DNA from: an uncultured Nitrospiraceae bacterium | GTDB taxonomy: Bacteria > Nitrospirota > Nitrospiria > Nitrospirales > Nitrospiraceae | Direction of reading: 5' to 3' | Assembly (NCBI GenBank): GCA_963748375.1 | Contig: CAVVIR010000010.1 | Coordinates: 20,637-52,636, forward strand | Length of the DNA stretch: 32,000 bases | Shown: in pieces, positions 1-8,974 of the stretch | How the letters are laid out: every line of letters begins with the position of its first letter | How positions within the stretch are numbered: position 1 is the first letter of the stretch | Position numbers and translations under genes: made by a program | The notes under the pieces: generated by a model | Database searches by the model: none | Told to the model about the DNA's origin: nothing | Seen by the model: only the letters and a program-made list of their open reading frames with translations

Positions 1-1385
1 TCGGCATCCTCACCAAGGTCCAACCCAAACCGGTCGGCCATCCGATAGAGGGTGCGCCGATCGATACCAAGAATCTTTGAGGCTTTGACTTTATTCCCCT
101 TCGTTTCCTTTAGCACACGGACAAGATGACGCTTCTCGACCTCCTCAAGCGATAACGATCCCTGATCGTTGTGGTCGGTTACTCTGCCGGTCTCTTTCGT
201 CGGCAGTTCCGGTCGATGCAGCGAGGCAGGCAGATCCTCCGGCGTGAGGAGGGGACCGTGACTCAATGAGACTGCTCGTTCGATGGCATTTTCCAGTTCG
301 CGCACATTGCCGGGCCATCGGTACTGCATCAATAGCTCCATTGTTTCAGGGAGCACTCCGCGCACAGCATGCGTCTCCCCGATCGCACATTTCTGCAAGA
401 AGTGATGCACTAACATCGGGATATCTTCCCTCCGCTCCACCAACGACGGCAGAGTGATCCGCACGACATTGAGCCGATAAAATAAGTCGTCTCGAAACTT
501 TCCTTCTTTGACGAGCTGTTCGAGATCTCGATTGGTCGCAGCAATGATACGGACATCGACTTTTATCGATGTCGTGCTGCCGACGCGGCGCACTTCGTGA
601 TCTTGCATCACACGCAGTAACTTTACTTGGAGCGCCTGGCCCATTTCACCGATTTCGTCGAGAAACAGCGTGCCTTCACTGGCTGATTCAAAAAGGCCAA
701 TTTTGTTTCCTGCCGCGCCGGTAAAGGCTCCCTTCTCATACCCAAACATTTCCGACTCCAGCAGAGTATCCGGCAATGCCCCACAATTCACCGGGATAAA
801 CGGTTTGTCTCGACGAGGCCCATTCGCGTGGATGGCCCGCGCAATCAGTTCTTTGCCCGTCCCGCTTTCTCCTTGCAGGAGCACGGTGCTCTTACTCTCG
901 GTCACTCGCGCCACCAGCTTATACACTTCCAGCATGGCGGGACTGCTCCCCACCAGCGGAGACCATTCATCTTTGTGTTTCAACTCTTCACGAAACCGGG
1001 CATTTTCTTTGATGAGTCGGCAGTGGTCGAGACTCCGTTTCACGACCAACTTGATATCGTCCTTCTTGAACGGCTTGGCAAGATAGTCATAGGCGCCTTG
1101 CTTGATGGCCTCAATGGCACCCTCAAGGGAACCGAACGAGGTCAGCATCACGACTGCCGTGTCAGGGCTCATACGTTTAAACTCACGCAAGACGGTAAGC
1201 CCATCAACCGCTCCCATGCGAATATCTGTCAGCACCAGGTCCACTCGACCCTGACGCCCTCGAGCAATCACTTCTTCGCCGCTGGCGAAGGCTTCAACGG
1301 CATAGCCTTCTTTCTTTAAGGCTTCTGCTAAGAGATCGCGCGCGACCATATCATCGTCGGCAACGAGAATACTCGCTGGTTGCAT
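1..1385 (-). CDS. sigma-54-dependent response regulator (NtrC/AtoC type), C-terminal end cut by window edge
   Basis: My minus-strand translation from the ATG at 1385-1383 reads MQPASILVADDDMVARDLLAEALKKEGYAVEAF (receiver domain). It continues into an AAA+ sigma54-activator core (GESGTGKE Walker A, YEKGAFTGA motif) and a Fis-type HTH (KVKASKILGIDRRTLYRM) reaching position 1. It is absent from the ORF track because there is no stop inside the window. Its ATG overlaps the kinase stop by 1 nt (TGATG, 1383-1387). Confidence 0.9.
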   Translation of the reverse strand, partial: MQPASILVADDDMVARDLLAEALKKEGYAVEAFASGEEVIARGRQGRVDLVLTDIRMGAVDGLTVLREFKRMSPDTAVVMLTSFGSLEGAIEAIKQGAYDYLAKPFKKDDIKLVVKRSLDHCRLIKENARFREELKHKDEWSPLVGSSPAMLEVYKLVARVTESKSTVLLQGESGTGKELIARAIHANGPRRDKPFIPVNCGALPDTLLESEMFGYEKGAFTGAAGNKIGLFESASEGTLFLDEIGEMGQALQVKLLRVMQDHEVRRVGSTTSIKVDVRIIAATNRDLEQLVKEGKFRDDLFYRLNVVRITLPSLVERREDIPMLVHHFLQKCAIGETHAVRGVLPETMELLMQYRWPGNVRELENAIERAVSLSHGPLLTPEDLPASLHRPELPTKETGRVTDHNDQGSLSLEEVEKRHLVRVLKETKGNKVKASKILGIDRRTLYRMADRFGLDLGEDA

Positions 1386-2548
1386 CAGGCTTTCTCCGTC
1401 ATGTCCGTGGACTCGGTCTTCAATCCAGGTAAGGTGATGGTCACGGTTGTGCCTCGCCCAGTTTCGCTTTCGAGGACAAGACTCCCCCCATGGGCCAAGA
1501 CTGTCTCGCGGCTTAAGAATAGTCCTAACCCGGTGCCTTTGCCAACCGCCTTGGTTGTAAAAAACGGTTCAAACGCTTTCTGTACGTCGGACTCCGGCAT
1601 GCCGGAGCCTGTATCCCGTACCTCAATGGTAAGTACCAGAGGTGACAGTGAGTCGGTAACCCGGCGACCGCGGTCAAGCTCCTCTGGTGAGGCCGTACGG
1701 GCTCTCACCAATACATTCACCGCTCCGTGCGCTGGGGTGGCGGATAAGGCATTGGCGAACACGTTCACCATCACTTGATGTATTTTCTCCGCATCGGCCC
1801 ATACAAGCGGGAGGTCTCCGGGAATTTCGACCGTCGTCGTAATTTCTTTCGCATGGAAGGCGGGCTCCATCAGCACAACCGCCGGGCTGATGACCTTGTC
1901 CGCTGGCAACCATGTCGGTTCAGGTTGGCGCTGTCTGGTTGAGGACAGCAAATCCTGAATGATCCGAACCACCCGTGTCAGCTGCTCATCGATGACGGTG
2001 ACCCGCTTCTTCATTTCGGGCGTGACGCCTGGTTCTTCCGCCAGCGCTTGCACGTGCCAGGCAATCGAGTGCAGTGGCGTTCCAACCTCATGCGCCACGG
2101 ACGCCACCAGTTGCCCCACTGCCGCTAAGCGTTCCGAGCGATTCAACTGGTCTTTTGCATCCACCAGCTGCGTATTAGCCTTCAGGAGATTTTCGGTCTC
2201 TTGGGCCAACGCGGCACGTGCCGCCGCTTCTCGGGTTTTGCGTTCTTCCCATGTCATGCCAATATAGGCCACGACGAGGAGTACTCCGGCGACCACGCTG
2301 CGATTAATCACTGCCGATTGCAACCGTCCCGGCTTGGTCGGTTGCAGTAACCCCATGTAGGTTGCCACGATACAGGCGACCACTGTTACGAACATCAGGC
2401 TGCGACTGCGCACGGTTGCAACCAATAGAATCGGCAATACAAAACCGTAGGCGCCGACCACGTTGGCAGGGGCGACCATTTCAAGCACGACGATCGCCAG
2501 GAATACCGCTCCTGCGATCGCCAGCACAATACGATTTTGTTTTAACAT
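1385..2548 (-). CDS. membrane-bound sensor histidine kinase (HisKA + HATPase_c)
   Basis: ORF track, 387 aa. It has N-terminal hydrophobic helices, the H-box SVAHEVGTPLHSI, and ATPase boxes (NVFANALSAT, EVRDTGSGMPE, GKGTGLGLFLSRE). It is translationally coupled to the downstream regulator. Confidence 0.9.
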   Translation of the reverse strand: MLKQNRIVLAIAGAVFLAIVVLEMVAPANVVGAYGFVLPILLVATVRSRSLMFVTVVACIVATYMGLLQPTKPGRLQSAVINRSVVAGVLLVVAYIGMTWEERKTREAAARAALAQETENLLKANTQLVDAKDQLNRSERLAAVGQLVASVAHEVGTPLHSIAWHVQALAEEPGVTPEMKKRVTVIDEQLTRVVRIIQDLLSSTRQRQPEPTWLPADKVISPAVVLMEPAFHAKEITTTVEIPGDLPLVWADAEKIHQVMVNVFANALSATPAHGAVNVLVRARTASPEELDRGRRVTDSLSPLVLTIEVRDTGSGMPESDVQKAFEPFFTTKAVGKGTGLGLFLSRETVLAHGGSLVLESETGRGTTVTITLPGLKTESTDMTEKA

Positions 2549-2672
2549 GGGAATGGGCGACCGGTTGATTGCCGATGAACCATGGTCCGATCTTTCGCAG
2601 GCTGTGAAAAACTATTTTGCCACAGCAGGGGTTCAAAGAGCTGCATGTCTTGGAGAAGAGACACATCTTACC

Positions 2673-2790
2673 GGATGCTCAAAAAGGTCGTCCAGCAAGG
2701 CCGCAGCGAGCGAAGAGGCGAGGCGTACGCTTCGGTACGTTGAGCCTCTGAGCGATGCGAGAATGCCGCTGGCGGAATTTTTCAGCATTC
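2673..2790. repeat. palindromic REP/MITE-like element, family 1, copy A (~118 bp)
   Basis: Left arm is GGATGCTCAAAAAGGTCGTCCAGCAAGGCCGCAGCGAGCGAAGAGGCGAGG. Right arm is GAGCCTCTGAGCGATGCGAGAATGCCGCTGGCGGAATTTTTCAGCATTC, an imperfect reverse complement of the left arm, around a small central hairpin (cgtacgcttcggtacg). The same arms recur at 21887-22064 and, split, at 27690-29028. Confidence 0.6.
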
Positions 2791-2802
2791 GGGTAGAGGG
2801 TC

Positions 2803-5052
2803 TTACCTTAGCGGGCGGGCCGAATGCAAGACGGCCCCAAGCTGCCGTAGACGTTCATCGTGCAGCATATGATCGACGGGAATTGAATACTTACGGGTCC
2901 AGTTCGGATGACTGTCGATCGTTCCTGGAAGATTGGTCTGTGACAGTTCGCCAAGGCCGTCTTCGAGATTTGCCAACACCAAATAGGCCGGCGTACGAGC
3001 CAGGTAGAGATGAATCGCGTGGCAGAGCTCAGTCGTCATGGCAGGTGCAGTGGCCAGGTCCTCAGTCACACCGGTTGGCAAGAGGCGTTCGTGCTGGAGC
3101 GCGTTGAGGATGCGCGCCTTGTTGCGCTGGCGCTCTTCCCAAGCCTGACGGTGCGCCGTGTCATCGTGAAAGGCACCCAATCTGGACCGTACCTGTAAAT
3201 CCTCGCCGGACCAAAACCCAGCAAGAGTTGGCAAGTCGTGTGTTGTCGTGACAGCCAACGATTGCGCAGGGTAGTGGCCTGGCGGTTTCATGGCGCCGTC
3301 TGCGTGGCGCTCGAAGTAGAACACACGGTACGAGAGCACTCGTGCTTTTGCCAATTGTTCTCTCACCCAATCGGGGACCGTGCCAAGGTCTTCTCCGATG
3401 ACGAGGGTGTGTGATCGTACGCTCTCCAATGCCACGATGGCCAACAAGTCTTCAAACGGGTAGTGCACATACGTACCTTCGGATGCGGGCCTCCCACGCG
3501 GAATCCAGAAGAGACGAAAGAATGCCATCACATGGTCCAGACGAATCGCCCCTCCGGATCGGAAGTTGTTCCGCAGCAGCTGGATCAAAAGCTCGTAGCC
3601 ATTGGAGTGTAGCGCGTGAGGGTTGATCGGAGGGAGGCCCCAATTCTGCCCCTCGGGCGCAAACGAATCCGGCGGGGCGCCACAGTCGGCTCCTAACGCC
3701 AGCACAGATTGATAGATCCAGGCTTCGGCCCCATTCCGATCGGCGCCCAGTGCCATATCATGATACAGACCAATTGGCATCGCCAGCTGCTCAGCCGTCC
3801 GCTGGATTTCGTTCAGCTGTTCGCGTGCCACCCACTGAATGTATTGAAAGAAGCGAATGCGTTTCCGGTGCCGTTTGGCATATTCATGGACCGGTTGGCC
3901 GGGCATCAGAAATTGTTTGGGCCAATCGTGCCATGTGGTTGATGTAGATTGAATCAGCCGGCGTTCTTCTTCCAAGGTCTGGAAGGTGGCATACAGTTCG
4001 AGGGGTGTGCCCTCAGATTGGATAAACCGTTCCAAGCGCCTCGCGCGCTCCGAATTAGGCTGGAGGTGTGGTTCCTCTCCGCTGTAGGCTTCTACGATGA
4101 ATGTGCTGTAGGCCAGATCGAGCATGGTGCGTTTGGCCGTTGCTATGGCGTTATAGTCTACCTGGCGTGTCTGTCGTAGCGCCTGGAGCGCAGCCTGAAA
4201 TTCGGGATCCAGGAACTGCTGTTGCGCCTCCTCCGACTCATGCCATTCGGGAAGTTGATCGAGATCGATGTAGAGTTCATTGAGATAGAGCCGACTGTAA
4301 GGCGCATAGGGGCTAATGTGATAAGGCGCGGTGTTCCGCAGTGCGTGTAATGGATTGAGTCCGATCACTCCGGCGCCGAGCTCTTTCCCGGCCCACTCGA
4401 CAATCCGCCCGAGATCGGTGAAGTCGCCGCATCCCCAATTGCGATCGGAGGGCAATGAATAGAGCTGCAAGGCCAATCCCCATAGCCGTTGGTGTGCTTC
4501 GAGCGGAGGAGGGATGTAGCATTGCCGGGGTGCGATGATGAGCCGCATCGATCCTGGGACGCTACCAACCAGGCTCTCGGCCTGTATCATTAGAGTATAG
4601 TACCCAAGTGAGAGCCCGTGCGGGGCCGGGATTTCCACACGCACATGTCGTTGTTCTTTGATAAAACGAACCTCGGCAGCGGTGAGTCCAGGTCCTGCTC
4701 GGCCTTTTTGCACCACAGCGTTTGCTTCGTCACGAATTTGCCATTCCACTGTGAGGGACCCTTCTTTTCCGTCTTCGAGCAACAGATAACAGGACAGAGG
4801 GCCTCCCGCCTCCCCATCGCGAAGAATCCGCACTGGATCGCACGGGCGTTGCCACGGGGCGTCATCCCATTCTTGTAGTGTCTGTATCAGCGATGCCGTC
4901 GTATCGATCGCAAAGCCCATGGCAGTCAAAATAGCGCGCTTGGTGTCATCGGAGGTGAAGTGAAGCGTTCCTGCGATATCGTAATAGTCAGTTGCAATGC
5001 CGGCACGCTCTGCGAGTCTGGCCAGAAGGGTCTGTTCTGTTAGCTCATGCAT
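2803..5052 (-). CDS. malQ: 4-alpha-glucanotransferase (amylomaltase, GH77, long form with N-terminal extension)
   Basis: ORF track 2803..5088. GH77 signatures are present: GLYHDMALGADRNGAEAW, PPDSFAPEGQNWGLPP, RLDHVMAFFRLFWIP, VIGEDLGTVP, TTTHDLPTLAGFW. The 5088 start is TTG; the first ATG (MHELTEQ) at 5052 is preferred. Confidence 0.9.
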   Translation of the reverse strand: MHELTEQTLLARLAERAGIATDYYDIAGTLHFTSDDTKRAILTAMGFAIDTTASLIQTLQEWDDAPWQRPCDPVRILRDGEAGGPLSCYLLLEDGKEGSLTVEWQIRDEANAVVQKGRAGPGLTAAEVRFIKEQRHVRVEIPAPHGLSLGYYTLMIQAESLVGSVPGSMRLIIAPRQCYIPPPLEAHQRLWGLALQLYSLPSDRNWGCGDFTDLGRIVEWAGKELGAGVIGLNPLHALRNTAPYHISPYAPYSRLYLNELYIDLDQLPEWHESEEAQQQFLDPEFQAALQALRQTRQVDYNAIATAKRTMLDLAYSTFIVEAYSGEEPHLQPNSERARRLERFIQSEGTPLELYATFQTLEEERRLIQSTSTTWHDWPKQFLMPGQPVHEYAKRHRKRIRFFQYIQWVAREQLNEIQRTAEQLAMPIGLYHDMALGADRNGAEAWIYQSVLALGADCGAPPDSFAPEGQNWGLPPINPHALHSNGYELLIQLLRNNFRSGGAIRLDHVMAFFRLFWIPRGRPASEGTYVHYPFEDLLAIVALESVRSHTLVIGEDLGTVPDWVREQLAKARVLSYRVFYFERHADGAMKPPGHYPAQSLAVTTTHDLPTLAGFWSGEDLQVRSRLGAFHDDTAHRQAWEERQRNKARILNALQHERLLPTGVTEDLATAPAMTTELCHAIHLYLARTPAYLVLANLEDGLGELSQTNLPGTIDSHPNWTRKYSIPVDHMLHDERLRQLGAVLHSARPLR

Positions 5053-5546
5053 GGACGAGAGTCTGCGCGAAGACCAGTGGCATGTCAAGCTATCCTATTG
5101 TTCTTGAAGAAGAATTCAAGAAATGCCATTTTATCGGGTGTCCTCAGGCCTGAGCGGTGCTGGACGTAGTGGGAGCGAAAAAAGCCCCTCCGTCCATGGT
5201 CCGTATGTCGTGGTAAAAGTGAAAAAGAGGTTTTCAGGGCGAGGGATCACGGCCAGCAATTCTGCTCCACCTCACACATCTTGTGTGGTGGAAGAGAAGG
5301 GTCAATCAGTGGGGCGAGGCCTGCACGAAGGCCCTCACCCCACCCAAGCATGGCGCACGATAGAAGCCCTGCCGACTTGTATAGCCGTGTATGTAGATAC
5401 CACACACCAGGCTTGACACACTTGTTTAGTTTGGTTGACTCCCTCATTGTGTTTTGTTAGCCTCACAACCCGCCAGGTTACTGCCGATAGAGAAGACGAG
5501 AAGAGTCAGGCAGCATCCTTGGCATCAAATCCCGAAAGGAGTTCCG

Positions 5547-7415
5547 ATGGCTAGCGCAACCACCTCACCAGAATTGCTTGCTGACTTGCAGAACAAGGCC
5601 ACGCAGCTTCGAATCGAGAGTGTTCGTGCAACGAGCGAAGCGGGGAGCGGACATCCATCCAGTTGCTGCTCCGCCGCGGATATTGTTGCAGCTCTTTTTT
5701 TCTCCGTCATGCGATATGACCCTAAAAATCCGAAAGCATACAATAGCGATCGGTTTGTGTTGTCAAAAGGCCATGCCGCACCTTTGCTCTATGCTGCTTG
5801 GGCCGAAGCCGGTCTCTTTCCCAAGAGCGAACTTCTCAAGCTCCGAACGCTGACGTCCGATCTTGAAGGCCACCCGACTCCTCGCTTGTCTTTCGTGGAT
5901 ATGGCCACAGGCTCACTCGGGCAAGGACTGCCGGTTGGTATAGGCATTGCTCTGAATGCAAAATTTGTCGACAAGCTGGATCACCGAACCTATGTCTTGA
6001 TGGGCGATGGGGAGTCCGTCGAGGGATCGGTATGGGAAGCGGCTGAAGTCGCGCGCCATCACGGACTGGATAATCTCTGTGCCATTGTGGATGTCAATCG
6101 ACTCGGTCAAAGCGATCCCACCATGCTGCAACATGACATGGAGGGATATCGTTCTCGATGGGCCGGCTTTGGCTGGCAGGCATTGGTGGTTGACGGGCAC
6201 GATCTTTCAGCGCTGCTCGACGCATTCGATACTGCTGCCGGCACCAAAGGCAAACCGACGGTGCTTCTCGCCAAAACGTTTAAGGGCAAGGGCATCTCCT
6301 TCATGGAGAACCATCCTAGCTGGCATGGGAAGCCGGTCGCCAAAGGCGAGGAAACCCAGAAGGCGATCGATGAGTTGACCAAGCAGTTGAGAGCCGAGCA
6401 GCACTGCCATTTCATTGAAGAAACCATCGAGCGCCGGTTCAGGGGGCTTCGTCTATCAGTCCTCTCCCACCTTCGCCCTACAAAGTAGGCGACTCTGCCG
6501 CCACGCGCGAAGCATTCGGGGTTGCCCTGGAAGCGCTTGGCGCGGTCGAATCCACTGGTTGTGGGACTCGATGCGGACGTCAAGAATTCGACTTATACGG
6601 ACAAGTTCGGCAAGAAGTTTCCTAACCGATTTTTCGAAAATTTCATCGCCGAGCAAAACATGGTCGGTGCAGCAGCCGGCCTCGCGGCCTGCGGAAAAAT
6701 TCCGTTCGTTGCGACGTTTGCCGCATTCTTTACGCGAGCCTACGACTTCATCCGCATGGCTGCGATCAGCGGCTCGAACATCAAACTTGTCGGTACACAC
6801 GTCGGCGTAAGCATCGGGGAAGACGGCCCCTCGCAAATGGGTTTGGAAGATATTGCGATGATGGCTGCACAACCGGGCGTGACCGTATTGTATCCGTCCG
6901 ATGCGACCTGCACGTATCGGCTTGTTGAAATGGCTGCTACGCACAAAGGGATGGTCTACATTCGGGCCGGTCGCCCAAAGTGTCTGGTTCTGTACGGGCC
7001 TGATGAAACGTTCCAGATCGGCGGATCGAAGGTTATTCGCCAAAGCGCATCGGATGTCCTTACGATCGTCGCTGCCGGCGTCACGCTCTTCGAAGCCTGA
7101 AGGCATACGACATATTGAAAGCAGCCGGCATCTCTGTGCGAGATCATCGATCTCTATAGTATCGTCCCCATCGACCGTACCACGTTGTTGGACAGTGCCA
7201 GGGCCACGCAGGGGCGCATCCTCACCGTTGAAGATCATTATGCGCACGGTGGCCTCGGAGATGCGGTGCTCAGCGCGGTTGGACCTGAAGGTATCAAAGT
7301 GCATAAGCTTGCGGTTCGCACGATCCCGCACAGCGGGAAGCCGGACGAACTCGTCGATCACTTTGGCATCGGAGCCCGATCGATCGTGGAAGCAGCGAAA
7401 CAAATCACAAAGTAA
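5547..7415 (+). pseudogene. tkt: transketolase, single-chain short (mammalian-like) form; reading frame interrupted by two -1/+1 lesion pairs (pseudogene or assembly error)
   Basis: There is an AAGGAG RBS before the ATG at 5547 (MASATTSPELL). Three ORF-track pieces share one frame (5454-6488, 6522-7100, 7185-7415). They align collinearly by eye with human TKT at GSGHPSSCCS, RFVLSKGHAAP, LMGDGESVEGSVWEA, IAEQNMV, TFAAFFTRAYDFIRMAAIS, GVSIGEDGPSQMGLEDIAMM, LLDSARATQGRILTVEDHY and PHSGKP. The two missing segments (PYKVGDSAATREAFGVALEALGAV and LKAYDILKAAGISVR) are encoded in a shifted frame at about 6440-6547 and 7097-7141. Confidence 0.85.
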
Positions 7416-7424
7416 CCCCTCCTG

Positions 7425-7461
7425 TACCGTCCTTCCTCATTGGGGGGACGGTATTCTTTTT
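7425..7461 (+). terminator. rho-independent terminator after tkt
   Basis: An 8-bp stem pairs taccgtcc (7425-7432) with ggacggta (7446-7453). It is followed by ttcttttt, 10 nt after the tkt TAA. Confidence 0.6.
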
Positions 7462-7520
7462 GAACATTCTGTCAGGATCGGTTCGCCAACGTCTGCTTCA
7501 GGAACTGACCGAAGCCCGTT

Positions 7521-7713
7521 AGCCCGCATTATTCACGAGGGTTCGTGACGAAACCGCCGAGACGCCACGCGAGACGGGCGCGCGGAGCCGCGAGGGAGGG
7601 AAGCATACTTGAACAGTATGTCGACCGACTGAGCGGCGAGCCCGCCCGCCGCCAGGCCTGTCGCAGCGGCGTGTCGGCGGTTGCAGTAGAAGCCTTCGTG
7701 AATAATGCGGGCT
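7521..7713. repeat. long imperfect palindromic element, family 2 (~193 bp)
   Basis: AGCCCGCATTATTCACGA at 7521-7538 is the perfect reverse complement of TCGTGAATAATGCGGGCT at 7696-7713. The arm similarity continues inward (AACCGCCGA.ACGCC on both arms). The ORF track mirrors this, with ARIIHEG peptides on both strands. Confidence 0.55.
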
Positions 7714-7797
7714 ATGGCAGTGGCTGTTCGTGGAGAAACATCAGTCCGGCGATGATCCCGCATAGCGTGCGAAACTGGTGGGATTTCAATCGCCCAC

Positions 7798-8262
7798 TCA
7801 TGGTGCGTGTATTCGAGTATGGGGGGCCGGGTCTGCCGTGATGCAGGACTGCATAATTTCAGCGCGGCATTGCCATGACGTGGCCGCCGTATTGAGATGG
7901 TGAACCAGTTCTTCCGGCACGATTATGCCAACGGTGATATCCACCAAGACGTGATCGGGTATGCGATGAAAATGCGCGGCGTTCACACCCTGCAAGGCGA
8001 GCAACGCCCTGCTTAGCTCGTTCTCATGGGTGTCGCAGCCAGGTCCTGTCAGCGCGACGGGAACTCTCTCCATGGCAGCATGGCTGGCTCCGGCCGGCTG
8101 AAATACGGCAAGACCCACGGTGAGCGCCATCGCAAGCATCAGACAGTTGTGCCTGAGCGTGGCCTTGCCGTCTACATGAGGCTGTGGGCAGGTTGCGGGT
8201 ACGCTCTTCGCGAAGGGCGTCTGCGTCCGGTTTGCGTATCTGCGATGAGCTGTTCGCGTCAT
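7798..8262 (-). CDS. hypothetical protein, possibly exported; start uncertain
   Basis: ORF track 7798..8415. Internal ATGs lie at 8262 (MTRTAH) and 8139 (MLAMALTVGLAVFQPAGASHA, signal-peptide-like). It is on the same strand and downstream of the nirK-like and globin genes. I recognise no family; a beta-alpha-beta-like segment (VPVALTGPGCDTHENELSRALLALQGV) only loosely resembles heavy-metal-associated folds. Confidence 0.4.
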   Translation of the reverse strand: MTRTAHRRYANRTQTPFAKSVPATCPQPHVDGKATLRHNCLMLAMALTVGLAVFQPAGASHAAMERVPVALTGPGCDTHENELSRALLALQGVNAAHFHRIPDHVLVDITVGIIVPEELVHHLNTAATSWQCRAEIMQSCITADPAPHTRIHAP

Positions 8263-8454
8263 CGGAATACCTGTCTGCAGGGAGGCGATCTGAAGCCCTT
8301 GGGTAGGTTCATCGATTTGTCTTAAGATCTCATGGTAGACGGTGATGCGAGTTGTCGGACCATGCGAAGCTCCGGTTCGGCTGGGTTGCAGTGTTCCTCT
8401 CTTGAACGCGTTCATGGGCAGGCGGCGAGGATCTCACCGCCTGCCCGTCGCCCT

Positions 8455-8901
8455 TTACGGCACTTCGACGATGTCGGTCTTCATAGGACCCAGCACGGCA
8501 AGGAGTTCGTTCTTTTCCCTGGCTGGCACGTTGAACGTATCCAATGCCTTGACGAGGTCTTCAACCAGGGCATTGAAGGCAGCCGTCGTGATTTTCATGC
8601 CGGCATGCGTTGTTTTCATGTCTTTCCCCTCATAGGTGCAGGGGCCGCCGCTGGCTTGGCAGACCTGGTCGACCAGCTGTTTCTTCAGTTTCGGCAGATC
8701 GGCGTTGGCAAAATACCCGTTGATGCGCTTGTCTTGGCCCACGATGCTGACGAACTTGCCGACGACGGCCGTGATAGGGCCTGTTCCGCCGAGCCGTTCA
8801 TAGAGTGAGGGCAACGGAGCATCGGCTGCCCACACCGGCGCTGAGATCAACAGCAAGGCGACGGTCAGCATAGTCTTGATGGCGCGAGAAAGTTGTTTCA
8901 T
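8455..8901 (-). CDS. group 1 truncated hemoglobin (trHbN-like) with N-terminal signal peptide
   Basis: There is an AAGGAG RBS. The signal peptide reads MKQLSRAIKTMLTVALLLISAPVWA/AD. The globin core aligns by eye with M. tuberculosis GlbN: SLYERLGG, ITAVVGKFV, D.R...YF, KLKKQLVDQVCQASGGPCTYEG.DMKTTHAGMKIT (proximal His context), F.ALVEDLVKAL, VP....ELL.VL. Confidence 0.75.
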   Translation of the reverse strand: MKQLSRAIKTMLTVALLLISAPVWAADAPLPSLYERLGGTGPITAVVGKFVSIVGQDKRINGYFANADLPKLKKQLVDQVCQASGGPCTYEGKDMKTTHAGMKITTAAFNALVEDLVKALDTFNVPAREKNELLAVLGPMKTDIVEVP

Positions 8902-8974
8902 GAAAGGCGCTCCTTTTTTGAGAGGTAAATGAGGGCTTCCTTCGAGTGCACACTTCTATCATATTTCTGGTCGT

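Noticed and set aside
670-1319. 138-aa and 163-aa plus-strand ORFs
   Set aside because: Both are antisense to the sigma54 response regulator, whose minus-strand translation shows continuous conserved domains.
2588-2610. TGGCAA-N5-TTTTTC upstream of the histidine kinase (minus strand) as a sigma54 promoter
   Set aside because: The -12 GC dinucleotide is absent at the required spacing.
5123-5416. 97-aa ORF in the malQ-tkt divergent intergenic region
   Set aside because: It has no RBS and no homology, and its composition is atypical. The region more plausibly holds divergent promoters. A TTGACT-17-TAGCCT pattern at 5435-5463 is too weak to call.
5454-5546. TTG-initiated extension of tkt, and similar TTG/GTG extensions at 22142, 29141, 30880 and 5088
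   Set aside because: In each case a downstream ATG with a good RBS coincides with the start of family homology.
6416-6550. Natural split transketolase (separate N- and C-terminal subunit genes) as the explanation for the first tkt break
   Set aside because: The shifted-frame segment has no ATG, GTG or TTG start after its upstream stop. It also needs a further frame change at 6548. The second break at 7097-7142 cannot be explained this way.
6456-7403. 315-aa minus-strand ORF
   Set aside because: It is fully antisense to the transketolase homology and has an Arg/Ser-rich low-complexity composition with no recognisable motifs. It is a typical shadow ORF in GC-rich coding DNA.
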